Counted from the first letter of the stretch, positions 1 to 9,880 are shown. The stretch: 64,000 bases of DNA from Candidatus Bathyarchaeota archaeon (GCA_963815095.1 CAWFFH010000004.1:32001-96000), one strand, 5' to 3'. A program made the numbers and translations. The notes: generated by a model not told the origin, from the sequence alone.

Positions 1-626
1 TCCCATAAGCCTACTGCAGTATGCTAAACGAGACCTCGACACATCCCTAGCCGTTCAAGTGCTCTACTACAAAGGCGCCTTCGCAACAGCAACCGACATT
101 CTAAGCCTAGTCTATAACTACATGCGCATAGCCAAAGCTTCTGTCAGCTGCGAGATCGACGACGTCATCAAAGCATCGCTTGAGTTGATCGGACAAAATG
201 TTACCCCAGGCACCAGCAAAATCGCCGACGCAACCTACACCGATCACGTAGGCGCGGTAGCTTTCAATGAAACTGCAGTAACCATAGGCGCGACAACAGA
301 AGACCGAGTAATCGGCTGGAAATTCGATATTGTCAACAACCCCAAACAGGTTCCGGTAATTCGAAGTGCTAACGGCTACTTGGCAAAATACGTGCCCTTT
401 GGGAAACGTCAGCTTAGTGGTGAAGTGCGCTTCGAATTTGAAAGCATGACAGAGATGGCCGCAGTTCTCGCAGACACTCAGCAAAATATCGCATTCGGTT
501 TAGGCGGCGCCGTCTATTGCAACTTTTCAAAACTGTAAGTGGTCAAACGTCACTCATTCCAAGTGGCTCGACGACCTAATCCAGTGCACGGCAACCTTTG
601 ATGCAACAAGCCTAACTATTGTGTGA
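1..626 (+). CDS. Phage tail tube protein (5' partial, frameshift near 527)
   Basis: ORF 59-538 (WKFDIVNN...GKRQLSGEVRFEFES) resembles tail tube beta-strand motifs. It continues in another frame (NCKWSNVTHSKWLDDLIQCTATFDATSLTIV*) to TGA 624-626 and lies just before the tail chaperone. Confidence 0.65.
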
Positions 627-670
627 TATGTGAGGTTTTAAAAACAAAACTCTTAGACATCCTGTAATAG

Positions 671-1048
671 ATGGTTGAAATGGAAACGCAAACAGTAAAG
701 ATTGACAAGCGCTTCGGGAGCCAATTTGAAGGATCCTATGAGTTTCGCCAAATTACACAAGGCGAGTATGAGAAGGTCCTCGTAGGCTACATGGATGCAG
801 TGGGCAAGGTTGCCAAGCAGGATATTTTGAAACTTAATCGGGAGTGCCTCTGGAATTCCCTGGTAAGTCAGCCTTCCTCGAAACCGTTGACTAAAGATAT
901 CGTAGTTCAAGGGCGCCTTCCCTATGGTCTAAGCCTCAAACTGCAGGGAATATACGACAAAATTAACGGCATAGACATGGAAGAAGAACGTTTTTTACCA
1001 TCGCCATCACAGGAAAGCGCCCCCACGCCAAACTCACAAAGTTCATAA
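671..1048 (+). CDS. Tail assembly chaperone (lambda gpG-like)
   Basis: 125 aa, directly after the tail tube gene, with an in-frame slippery heptamer near its 3' end. Confidence 0.75.
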   Translation: MVEMETQTVKIDKRFGSQFEGSYEFRQITQGEYEKVLVGYMDAVGKVAKQDILKLNRECLWNSLVSQPSSKPLTKDIVVQGRLPYGLSLKLQGIYDKINGIDMEEERFLPSPSQESAPTPNSQSS

Positions 1049-1209
1049 TGTGCGAGCGATTCGGCTGGACAGAAAAAGAGTATGACGAAACCTCAAGAAA
1101 GACGCTCATCGAGTTCACTCTAATCCTACGTACACTCGATAAAATGGCACAAGAGGAAGCAAAGAAGGCGCAACAAGAACAGGAGTCGCATAAGCCCCAT
1201 GGCAGTTGA
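991..1209 (+). CDS. -1 frameshift extension of the tail chaperone (gpGT-like); slippery site T TTT TTA at 991-997
   Basis: Heptamer is in X XXY YYZ phase (CGT TTT TTA). The -1 frame stays open to TGA 1207-1209: FTIAITGKRPHAKLTKFIMCERFGWTEKEYDE... Confidence 0.75.
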   Translation, partial: FFTIAITGKRPHAKLTKFIMCERFGWTEKEYDETSRKTLIEFTLILRTLDKMAQEEAKKAQQEQESHKPHGS

Positions 1210-1567
1210 CGTCTACCTAAACATTGACGGTACAGAAGAGTTTGTCCAGGCAATCCAGCGTTTTGATGTTGCGCTCCAGGAGAAAGTCCGGGAGTGGCTA
1301 TATAATTGGGCGCAGCGGGTAGCCTCTGAGGCAAATCGTCGAGCTCCGGAACGAACAGGGTACCTCAAAAGCGCAATCTATGCAACTGTCCAGGAATGGG
1401 TCGCTTTGGTTGGGGCAAGGGCAGCCTATAGTTATTTTGTTGAGTTTGGGACTCGCTACATGATGGCTCAGCCGTTTCTGTATCCAGCAGTTCAGGAGTA
1501 CCTTCCTGAGCTCGAGACAAATATTATAGGTGCAATCGAACAAGCAAAAACTGAGGCTGGGCTATGA
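1199..1567 (+). CDS. HK97 gp10-family tail completion/morphogenesis protein
   Basis: Motifs APERTGYLKSAI and YSYFVEFGTRYMMAQPFLYPA. Confidence 0.85.
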   Translation: MAVDVYLNIDGTEEFVQAIQRFDVALQEKVREWLYNWAQRVASEANRRAPERTGYLKSAIYATVQEWVALVGARAAYSYFVEFGTRYMMAQPFLYPAVQEYLPELETNIIGAIEQAKTEAGL

Positions 1568-2107
1568 GTTTCCGAGAAATCGTATGTTCCATCCGAGCGG
1601 TGAATCGAGCTAGTCATGAATTCAATCGCATTCAAACAGACGCCGAGTCAATGGCTGCAAGAATCAAATCTTTAGGGTCTGCGCTAGCCGGGATCGGTGC
1701 TGCAGGCGCCTCCGTGGGATATCTCGCTAACATGTTTGGAATCCTAAACGACGAACAAGCCAAAGTTTTCAACGGCACAATGATGTTGATCTCCGTTGTC
1801 GGTGTACTTATGAGGACTCAAACTGGCTTGGCTATAGCTCAAAAGGTCTATGCTGCAGCCTGCGCTTTTGCAACTGCAGTGCAAAATGCCCTCAACATCA
1901 GTTATGGCACCTTTCTCGCATCTGACTGGGGTTGGTATTGCAGTGATTGCGGCTGCTGCAGTTGCAATGTATGCTTTCGCTAACAGTATGAATATGGCAA
2001 CGGCTAAGCGTGCAAAACTTCAACTCTTCTGCCGCTCAAACTCCTGCTCGCGTTAAAGGGCATTATCGAGCGGTGACGCTGGGTTGCTACGACGAGGGAT
2101 AGAATAA
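1564..2107 (+). CDS. Short tape-measure-like protein (~180 aa, interrupted by at least 3 single-base indels)
   Basis: Ala/Gly-rich amphipathic sequence (IRAVNRASHEF...LTGVGIAVIAAAAVAM...GLLRRGIE*), reconstructed across ORFs 1564-1983 and 1850-2056 to TAA 2105-2107. Confidence 0.55.
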
Positions 2108-2109
2108 AA

Positions 2110-4940
2110 ATGGCAGTTGTCGAACCTGCAGCTCCAGCAATCGGCTTAATTTTTGGCGCCGTAGCCCCCCCAAACTGACGTTGTTGAACTCTTCGTGCAC
2201 TTCGGCTGCAGCAAAGAAGTAAGCAGCTATGAGGTGAAACTCATACAATTGGAATGGCAAATACAGCCCCAGCTGGAGCCTACCCAATTACAGTGGGAAT
2301 GAGATGGCTCAATCTCCCTAGGGCAGAACCCCAAACATGCCTCTAGCTTATGACGCTGCGAGTGGAAAACGTCAAGTACCACGTCAAGCCCAGACAGAAA
2401 ACTACGTCATTAGTTTCTGGTCGCTGCTGGGGTGAGCGCCTATTCCGCAGGACAGTAACTGCAAACTATACGCTCATAAAAGGCGAAGAGATCGTCAAAG
2501 ACTTGATGGATTATTATGCAGGCCTCAGCCACGTTAGAGGCGCCGTGCAACTTGTAGAAAACACAGATACAACTTATAGCTCAGTAGCTCGAATACGAGG
2601 ATTCGCCAGTATGGGATATCCTCAAATATATAGCAGAAACAGCCGACAAATCAGGAGTTATAGGCTTTGATTTCAGAGTCGCGCCGGACGGCAAATTTGA
2701 GTTTTTCCCCAAGCTACTCCAAAACAAACGCAACAGTAATAGTCGAAAACATTGATGAGTCAGCTGTGTATGAAATAGATATCATCCGAATAAGAAACAA
2801 AGTCACTGTCTATGGGTTAGCCGATAAAAGCATCCCAACGGATAAGGTATCCTGGACACGCAGCCTAACTCCCTCAGATGGCGACTGGCAGCGAGACACA
2901 GGCGCCTAACTCAATAGATGCAACAGGAGCTCCAGACGGCGGTCCATGCGTCAAAGTTGCTGTTGCCTCCAACTATTGGGGAGGCGCCTACTCTTGAGCT
3001 TCACGCAGGCAGCGAAGTAAACACAAACAAGTATCCTACCCTGGACCTGCAGCTCAAAATGGCAGACACCTATTCTGGCACAGGGGAGCTTACCATATTT
3101 GACAGCTCTCTAAGGTCAGCAGCCAAAAATATCTCAGTTTCTCCAGACGTAACTTGGCATACTCTGGAAGTAGGCGTCGGCGCAGCCTATGCTAACCAAT
3201 GGGAATTTGTCGACCCAGCTTTTGATTGGACACGTGTAAAAACCGTTCGAGTAACCTTGTATTTTCCTTCAGGCGTCGGTAGCGGAAACTTTTGGATACA
3301 TGGTCTCTATTTTGGTGGTGCTCGCTACTCTGCAGTCGTTGAAGATCTTGCAAGCCAAGCAGCCTGGACAGACGGAGAGGCACGGGAATATTCTGAGACT
3401 GATGAGGAGCTCTGGAGCGACGAGGAATGTGAACGCCGAGCAGCTTCTCTTCTGGCATATCTCAAAGACCCAGCCGAATACGTTCACGTAGTAAGTACCA
3501 TTCTAGACTATGGAACCTCGCCTATCTTGGGAGGTGATGAATTACACGTCCATCTTCCAAACGAAAAAGTAGATAGTGACTTCCGGGTGGAAAGCGCTGA
3601 ATACAGAGTACCTCAAGAAGACCCTCTAACACTCGAAATTACCTTGGATCTCGGAAAGGAACCTCCACAACTTGCCGACTTTCTATATGGCCTACGTTGC
3701 CATTCACCAAACGTGGAAAAACTTAGCAGAACCAAACTGGGCAAAAGAGGAGTTCCAATTACCTCGAACGGTAGTGGTGGCAATGGCAGCTCTATTTTTT
3801 ACAGTAACGTTGAAGTCGACAAGACAGCACCCGTGTATAATTTGTTGACTGGTCGCACGCTCAAGGCTGCATTTGGGCATGATGGCGCCAATACTTTCTT
3901 AGTTGCATATTTGGGCAGTATTGTGTTAAGGGCTCCTACGGGGCATATTTTACCTGATGATGATGGTAGCCTTGATTTGGGTGATACGTCTATAGGTAAA
4001 CGGTTTGGTTCATCTGCACCTTAAAAATGATCTTTGGGTAGCAGGGGTTCAAACTGTAGACACTTTTGGTCGTGTAGCTCTGAATAGTTTTCCAAGAGAT
4101 GATGCAGGAAAAGTGCTTGAGGCTCAAGGTACTAACTTTGCTCCAATGTACGTTGATCCAAACAACCGTTATGTTCCAGCTGCACATACCCATGAAAGCC
4201 TTGTTAGTGGTACTAGACACGTTGCGATTGACCCAGATAATGCTGTCTTGAACTTTTATGATGACGCAAACTTAAAAGGTGCCATAGGGCACGACGGAGC
4301 AAACTTTTTCGTAGTCGCATACGACGGCAATCTCATTCTCTATTCAGCAACAGGTAAGATTCTGCCCAATACTGACGGCGGCGAAGACCTTGGAACAACG
4401 AGTTCCGCTAAACGGTTCGGCTCGCTACACCTAAAAAATGACCTCTGGGTTGCAGGCGTTCAAACAATCGAGACAAGCGGCAGAGTCAACATGGCTGGAA
4501 TGCCACGAGATACAGCAGGACTGATCATAGAAGCTCAAGGCGCTGGGTTCTATCCAATGTACGTCAACCCCAACGGCAGATATACTCCTGCAGCTCACAA
4601 CCACGCCAACATATATCCTGCAGGAGGCAATAACACCGGGTCATGTGGGGACACATCGAATTATTGGCATGTAATGGCGGGAGATAGCGTCTGGTACAAT
4701 GCCCTCGGCCACATGGACTACATGGATGACTTAGCCGTTATCAAACGAATTAAAATGAGTAAAAAAGTCGATGCTCAGGGCGTTCCATTGATCGATAATA
4801 AGAGCTTGCCTGAGGAGATGCGCTCCAAATCAGGTCTTGTGCACGGTGGGCATCTTTTGGGTTTAGCGATTGGGGCGATTAAGCAGTTGAATGCGAAAGT
4901 CGAGTTTCTAGAAAAACAGTTATCAAACGCGAGTGGTTAG
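2110..4940 (+). CDS. Large baseplate hub / tail fibre protein with internal duplication and C-terminal chaperone-like coiled coil (split by indels into ORFs 2350-2670, 2667-2909, 2918-4024, 4005-4940)
   Basis: Hub-like N-terminal part (SGRCWGERLFRR, IRNKVTVYG). A ~105-aa repeat GHDGAN...HLKNDLWVAGVQT...PMYV.PN.RY.PAAH occurs twice, and the first copy straddles the ~4012 frameshift. C-terminus LAIGAIKQLNAKVEFLEKQL. Confidence 0.6.
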
Positions 4941-4953
4941 GAGGTGAAAATGA

Positions 4954-5274
4954 ATGGATTTGCAGATTCTGCTCGGTCCCTTTTTTCCCTATGTGGTCTC
5001 TATCGTTATCACATTGATGTATTCTACACTGGGTAAGACGTCCAGCGGGGAACCTTTCGATGCGAACAAGTTTTTGACGACTTTAGGCGTGCAAGTGGCT
5101 GCCCTGGTCAGCATCGGCTTTGCAGGTGAACCAAACATTACGGCATTAGCGCCCTCGGTTGTAACGGTGCTGTTCATGAAGGCATATAGTATCCACAAAA
5201 AGCGGAACGCTAGCCCAAAATCGTCACCGACTACGGTATCGATCTCGTACCAAACAGAAAAGACTACTATTTAG
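4954..5274 (+). CDS. Small membrane protein, holin-like
   Basis: 106 aa, 2-3 hydrophobic segments, basic C-terminal tail, GGAGGTGA RBS, last gene of the structural operon, followed by T-rich run. Confidence 0.45.
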   Translation: MDLQILLGPFFPYVVSIVITLMYSTLGKTSSGEPFDANKFLTTLGVQVAALVSIGFAGEPNITALAPSVVTVLFMKAYSIHKKRNASPKSSPTTVSISYQTEKTTI

Positions 5275-5453
5275 CAGCTCTTTTCTCTTTTTTTGCCATC
5301 TGATTATATCTAGTAACTGTAACAAATCGGTCATTTGAATTCACTGGCTTTCTCTTTTCATCTGTTTAAGGATATAACATTTTTCAAGCAATTTATCGAA
5401 GCAAAAACTTAAAGCTAAAAACTACAATAGATTGAGAAAAAAGGGGAAACGGA

Positions 5454-7349
5454 TTGGCTGAACTTTTGGAGTTGGATAATTTGTACGAACATCTTGAAGA
5501 GAGAGCCATCGATTACAAATATCGAGATATCGCCAACCTTTTCCAAAAAATACGCGATAAAAAGCATGTGGCGAAAAAGCCTGATTTAGAGGCAATAGCT
5601 CAATGGGAAATGAATGTTTTCAATTTCTCCGTTGCCCAAAATGTTGTTAGTCCATCTTGGACTTTTCCTGACTCGGAAGGAAAACTGGTGAGCCACCCAA
5701 CATACGATGATTTTGTTCCTACATCATATGATTATATTATCAGAAGACTCGAATCAACAAACAACCCGATGCTCAAGGCAAGATACGCTCATGTATTGTG
5801 GTTTAGCCCTAAGAAACACGGCAAATACGCACTTTTAGCAGCAGATAAGTATCTTGAACTAATTAAGTTCTACGAACAGAAAGACAAAGAAAATCCGCAA
5901 AAATACTTTGGTTTCGATGTCTTAACTGCTGTAGAAAACGCTATTCTCATTTCAAGAAATATTAATGATACGACCAGAACAGACTTAGCAAAATCGGAAG
6001 TGAAACGTCTGATTTTCAATTTCAATGCAGAAAGCACTTGTTTGTTCAGGGTTCGCTCAGATTTGTTTGGATTAATGATAAGGGAGAAAACGATATTTTC
6101 AAAAGATGATTTTACTGGCATTGGAGAACTATGCTTCAACTTTTCTAAATCATTGGGAGATCCGCATCAAGCGATCTCTATTCTGAAACTTGGCAAAATG
6201 GTTGAAGAAAAAGCAGGAATAACCATCTACAACTGGGACGAATTGATTGCGGAATCATATGAAAAAATGATGAACGCGAACCTACAAAATAACAAACATG
6301 TTGCCATTGAATTTTGTGGCAAAGCGTTAGAGTATTACCAGCTTGCAAAAAATGAAAAGAAAAGCGAAAAACTAGAAGCTATTTACACAGAATTAAGCGG
6401 AAGCCTTGAATTCCCAAAAATTGAGGTTGAGATTGACCTTAAAGAATACATCGTTGACTGTGAAGAAAAAGTAACAAAATTGATGAAGTTTACATCTGAA
6501 CAAATAATTGGCTTCATTATGACGGATAAAAACTTGCTACCCGATTATACCGTGACAAAAGAGTTAACACAGAAAATCTTAAAACAGTTTCAGATGCAAG
6601 CTATTCTTCCAATAACTCTTACCGATGAGCAGGGACATACCGCTCAATGCTTCACAACAACACAAGAAATTGAAGTCTATCATACACTTCATCAATATCA
6701 TATGATTCTTGAGAACTATTGTTTGCGCTTTCTAAATATGGTATTCATTGAAGGATTGAAAGAGAACAAAATAACATATGAAGCGCTTATGGAATTTTTT
6801 CAAAAGTACAGCTGGTTCGGCAAAACTATTCCTAAAAAAAGATTCAATAAAGAGGTTCCAGACAATTGGTTAAGCTTGTTAGCGCCATCATTGTTTGAAT
6901 ATTTCGCTCAAATGGATTATTGGAGGGTTTCGGGAAATTATCCAAACTTAGTCTTGTGCATCGATTCATTGGTATTAAAGATTGAAGGATTACTTAGAGA
7001 AATGTTCTTTTTCAATGGTATAGCCACTTTTACTTCAAAGGCAGACAAGAAACATGGAAAGAGAATTACTTATGAAAAGGAATTAAATGCTCTTTTGAAC
7101 GAGAAAAGAATAAGCGAGTTGTTTGACCCTGATGACCTTTTGTTGTTCAAATTTGTACTCATAGAAAAAACAGGATACAATTTAAGGCATAAGATAGCGC
7201 ATTCCTTGATGCGTAGTGTTGAATATCAAATTCACTACATGCATCTCTTGATACTCATACTGCTGAAACTCAGCAGTTACAATCTAACAATAACGAGAAA
7301 AACTGAATCTAAAGAAAAATGTGAGTCAAAACCGAGTGAATCTAATTGA
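5454..7349 (+). CDS. DUF4209-like protein with C-terminal HEPN-type RxxxxH motif (putative defence moron)
   Basis: 631 aa, AT-rich, own promoter (AAAAACTTAAAG ~5403). LVLKIEGLLR...GYNLRHKIAHSLM matches DUF4209/HEPN motifs. Confidence 0.7.
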   Translation: MAELLELDNLYEHLEERAIDYKYRDIANLFQKIRDKKHVAKKPDLEAIAQWEMNVFNFSVAQNVVSPSWTFPDSEGKLVSHPTYDDFVPTSYDYIIRRLESTNNPMLKARYAHVLWFSPKKHGKYALLAADKYLELIKFYEQKDKENPQKYFGFDVLTAVENAILISRNINDTTRTDLAKSEVKRLIFNFNAESTCLFRVRSDLFGLMIREKTIFSKDDFTGIGELCFNFSKSLGDPHQAISILKLGKMVEEKAGITIYNWDELIAESYEKMMNANLQNNKHVAIEFCGKALEYYQLAKNEKKSEKLEAIYTELSGSLEFPKIEVEIDLKEYIVDCEEKVTKLMKFTSEQIIGFIMTDKNLLPDYTVTKELTQKILKQFQMQAILPITLTDEQGHTAQCFTTTQEIEVYHTLHQYHMILENYCLRFLNMVFIEGLKENKITYEALMEFFQKYSWFGKTIPKKRFNKEVPDNWLSLLAPSLFEYFAQMDYWRVSGNYPNLVLCIDSLVLKIEGLLREMFFFNGIATFTSKADKKHGKRITYEKELNALLNEKRISELFDPDDLLLFKFVLIEKTGYNLRHKIAHSLMRSVEYQIHYMHLLILILLKLSSYNLTITRKTESKEKCESKPSESN

Positions 7350-7852
7350 ACGATTTAATCTTCAAATGCAAAAAATGCGGTACTTGCTGCCGAGGTCTTT
7401 TTGTCGAAGAATTTGGCATGTTGCAGGGATTGTGCTTAACTGAAGAAGAGACGAAAGAGTTTGACTCAAAATTCATTATGCCTTACATCGCTATTGGTTA
7501 TAAGGAACCAACAACCATCGTATATTATCAGCTTATCCTTGCGGATTGCCCACATCTAAATGAGAAAAATGAATGCAAAATTTATGAAAAAAGACCCCTA
7601 ATTTGTAGAGTGTTCCCTATTCACCCTGATATTAATCATACCGTAATTCTACCGAAATGCCCTCAAATTGAAAAGCATTGGAGCCGAGAAGGGGAAATTT
7701 GCCCTGTAGCTATTGAGGATGATGAGATAGAAGGCGCTTTAACGAGGTTGAACATCCGTTCCCTAACTCACAGGAAAGAATGTTTAGAGAAGGGTTTGCA
7801 TTTCTGGTATTTTGATTTGGCGACGAAAAAATGGAATTCATCAAATAAATGA
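7346..7852 (+). CDS. YkgJ-family CxxCxxCC cysteine-cluster protein
   Basis: CKKCGTCC...CPHL...CKIYEKRPLICRVFP. Confidence 0.85.
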   Translation: MNDLIFKCKKCGTCCRGLFVEEFGMLQGLCLTEEETKEFDSKFIMPYIAIGYKEPTTIVYYQLILADCPHLNEKNECKIYEKRPLICRVFPIHPDINHTVILPKCPQIEKHWSREGEICPVAIEDDEIEGALTRLNIRSLTHRKECLEKGLHFWYFDLATKKWNSSNK

Positions 7853-7886
7853 GGATAACTTTTTGAATATTCCGCTGAAGCACGTT

Positions 7887-8276
7887 TTAGTCTCTTAGGC
7901 GTTTTTGTGCTTCCTGGCTGACTTGGAAGCTGTAGGTCACGTAGGTATAGTAGCGTACATTGCTGTAATCGGTTGATGAATCTACGTCTTCGCGATTGTA
8001 AGCAGCTAAAATAGTTTCTAATTCGTCTAGTAGCTTTTGCCCTGCCTCTGAGGTTCTAATAGTGGTGAAGCTGGAATCAGGGGCTATTCTCTCTTTTCTA
8101 TATGGCTGGAAGTCTTTGGGGATTGCGGTAACTTCGATTTTTATGGAGCTATAGTGTTCGGTGACTACGCTGACTTTGATTTCAGGGTGCTTTTCGCGGA
8201 TTTCTGCTTTGACTTTTTTGGCGATTTCTTTTAGTGGTAGATGCTTGGTTCCTTGGTATTGTAAGCCTTCAAACAT
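7887..8276 (-). CDS. LPD29-like (large polyvalent protein domain) early protein
   Basis: IAKKVKAEIREKHPEIKVSV...YNREDVDSSTDY pattern, as recalled for LPD29. Confidence 0.55.
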   Translation of the reverse strand: MFEGLQYQGTKHLPLKEIAKKVKAEIREKHPEIKVSVVTEHYSSIKIEVTAIPKDFQPYRKERIAPDSSFTTIRTSEAGQKLLDELETILAAYNREDVDSSTDYSNVRYYTYVTYSFQVSQEAQKRLRD

Positions 8277-8619
8277 TAGAATCTTCTCCGTTTAGTTGCG
8301 GATATTTGCCGTTCTCGTTTGCAATGCAGCTTGGGCATTTGGACATATAATGTAGAAATTTGGAGTGGTCGAATGTAATTACGCAAACTTGGAGTCCCCC
8401 GTTTCCGTCAGGGCTAACTTGATAGTATTTGTCGTCAAGATCAACAACTACTGTTATTTCTTCATGGCTTGTTTCTTCGCTACGTGGAATAACAAGGTCA
8501 AAATCGCCAAATATGCGACTGATATTGGTGAACTTTTTTGTACTTTCACGGTATTGTGGGAAAGATTGGTATTCAGTGAAGAATATCGGTTTATTTATTC
8601 GGTTTTCTGTTTTATTCAT
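8269..8619 (-). CDS. Hypothetical viral protein
   Basis: 116 aa, overlaps the next gene by 8 bp, C-terminal CPSC. Confidence 0.55.
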   Translation of the reverse strand: MNKTENRINKPIFFTEYQSFPQYRESTKKFTNISRIFGDFDLVIPRSEETSHEEITVVVDLDDKYYQVSPDGNGGLQVCVITFDHSKFLHYMSKCPSCIANENGKYPQLNGEDSNV

Positions 8620-9063
8620 TTTTTTCGCCTTCTTTTCCCCAGTTAGGCAAGCTAGCTGAGGTTGAAAAGAAACGTAAAACGTGATGACTTCTCTAAGAGT
8701 CTGAAAGTTGTTAGACGTCTGTTGATAACTTTTAGCTTAACTTACTGGAAAAGCATGTTTTTTCTAGGCTAAGCTTGATGAGAGCTTGCTTTGAAAGGGT
8801 ACTTTTTATAAAAATATAAAATAGCTGAGCGTTTTTTCTCTTAAGTTATTTTTTAGCTAAAACGTTATTTCTAGTCTAGCATCTAGGCGCCGAAGAGAGA
8901 TTTTATTGCTAAGCTTAGCTCTAGTCTTTCTAGTAAAAGTTTTTAGAGTTTTTATTAAGCGTTAAAGTATTAAATCTAACTAGTAGACTAGTTCTAGCCT
9001 TAGACTTTCTAAAAAAACTAGCCTTAACGCTTAAGCTTAGTCGCTCTCTTTTTCGCATAATCT

Positions 9064-9080
9064 TACTGTAATTTACAGTA
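9064..9080. promoter_or_regulatory. 17-bp palindromic operator (distal) TACTGTAA-T-TTACAGTA
   Basis: Perfect palindrome matching the three sites at 9803-9951; abuts TATA-like TTATAAG 9082-9088. Confidence 0.75.
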
Positions 9081-9149
9081 GTTATAAGCTTTTGTCAGCA
9101 AAACAGGATAAAGATTAAGCGGTAAAACGGGCACATAGCAAGCGGAGAC

Positions 9150-9305
9150 TTGATTGTGGAAAGCGACTATAAGTGCAAGAAATGCGGTTTTACGTTCCCC
9201 AAAGAAGGCGCCAACATCAGCGGCGGAGAGAGCTATCTCTACGGGTTCCATGTGCACTGCCCAAAATGCGAAGCAGTTGTAGAGCAGTTTGTTAAGCCTA
9301 ATTAA
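9150..9305 (+). CDS. 51-aa zinc-ribbon protein (below ORF track cutoff)
   Basis: TTG start after GGAG; MIVESDYKCKKCGF...HVHCPKCEAVVEQFVKPN*. Confidence 0.65.
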   Translation: MIVESDYKCKKCGFTFPKEGANISGGESYLYGFHVHCPKCEAVVEQFVKPN

Positions 9306-9517
9306 TTTTCATAAAAGTTAAATGTTGAATGCTCAAATCAAAGAGTAGAGGGCGATAACTCAGTTGAGCAACTTAAAACTTAGAGGTAGTTTTAATTCTC
9401 ATCATACTGTTATGCAAATAACGATTCTATTCTGGTTAACTGCCCCGTTTTTTGGGCTAGGTGTTGATGATTTTGCTGGGGGGTATCTGTTGGATCATAA
9501 ACACTTGAGAGATCTGT

Positions 9518-9646
9518 TTGCACGACAATAACGAAGTTGAGCTTGAAATCACCGAGGATTTATACAATAAAATTGAGGATTGCGCAAAATCTAAGGGTTT
9601 AAGTGTTGATGATTTCCTTTCATCTGTTCTTCGACCACCTGGTTGA
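9518..9646 (+). CDS. 42-aa RHH-like protein (below ORF track cutoff)
   Basis: MHDNNEVELEITEDLYNKIEDCAKSKGLSVDDFLSSVLRPPG*: strand-helix-G-x-S-helix RHH pattern. Confidence 0.55.
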   Translation: MHDNNEVELEITEDLYNKIEDCAKSKGLSVDDFLSSVLRPPG

Positions 9647-9785
9647 GTTGATAGGTGACGTAACCGGTGAAACTGTTGATGCCTTTTTTTATTAGCCATT
9701 CTTTTTGGGCTTTTTTATACTGGTTCATAAAATAATCGTAGACGTCTTTTTTGACAGTTATGCTCATGTAGCCTTTTTCAGGCAA
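9591..9785 (-). CDS. RHH-like regulator, leftward member of switch (putative repressor)
   Basis: MPEKGYMSITVKKDVYDYF...KGINSFTGYVTYQL; divergent from 9982 gene. Confidence 0.7.
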   Translation of the reverse strand: MPEKGYMSITVKKDVYDYFMNQYKKAQKEWLIKKGINSFTGYVTYQLNQVVEEQMKGNHQHLNP

Positions 9786-9802
9786 TTATCTCGCTTCCCT
9801 TC

Positions 9803-9819
9803 TACCGTAATTTACTATA
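9803..9819. promoter_or_regulatory. Operator TACCGTAA-T-TTACTATA
   Basis: Matches consensus TACYGTAA-N-TTACRGTA; overlaps expected start of leftward transcript (minus-strand TTTAAATA at 9839-9846). Confidence 0.7.
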
Positions 9820-9880
9820 TAGAAATTTACGTTTAGAGTATTTAAAGAATATTACTTTTTTCTCAAGATATCACGCTCAC

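Noticed and set aside
3860-4940. Diversity-generating retroelement TR/VR pair in the tail fibre
   Set aside because: Differences between repeats are not adenine-specific, both copies are coding, and there is no reverse transcriptase in the window
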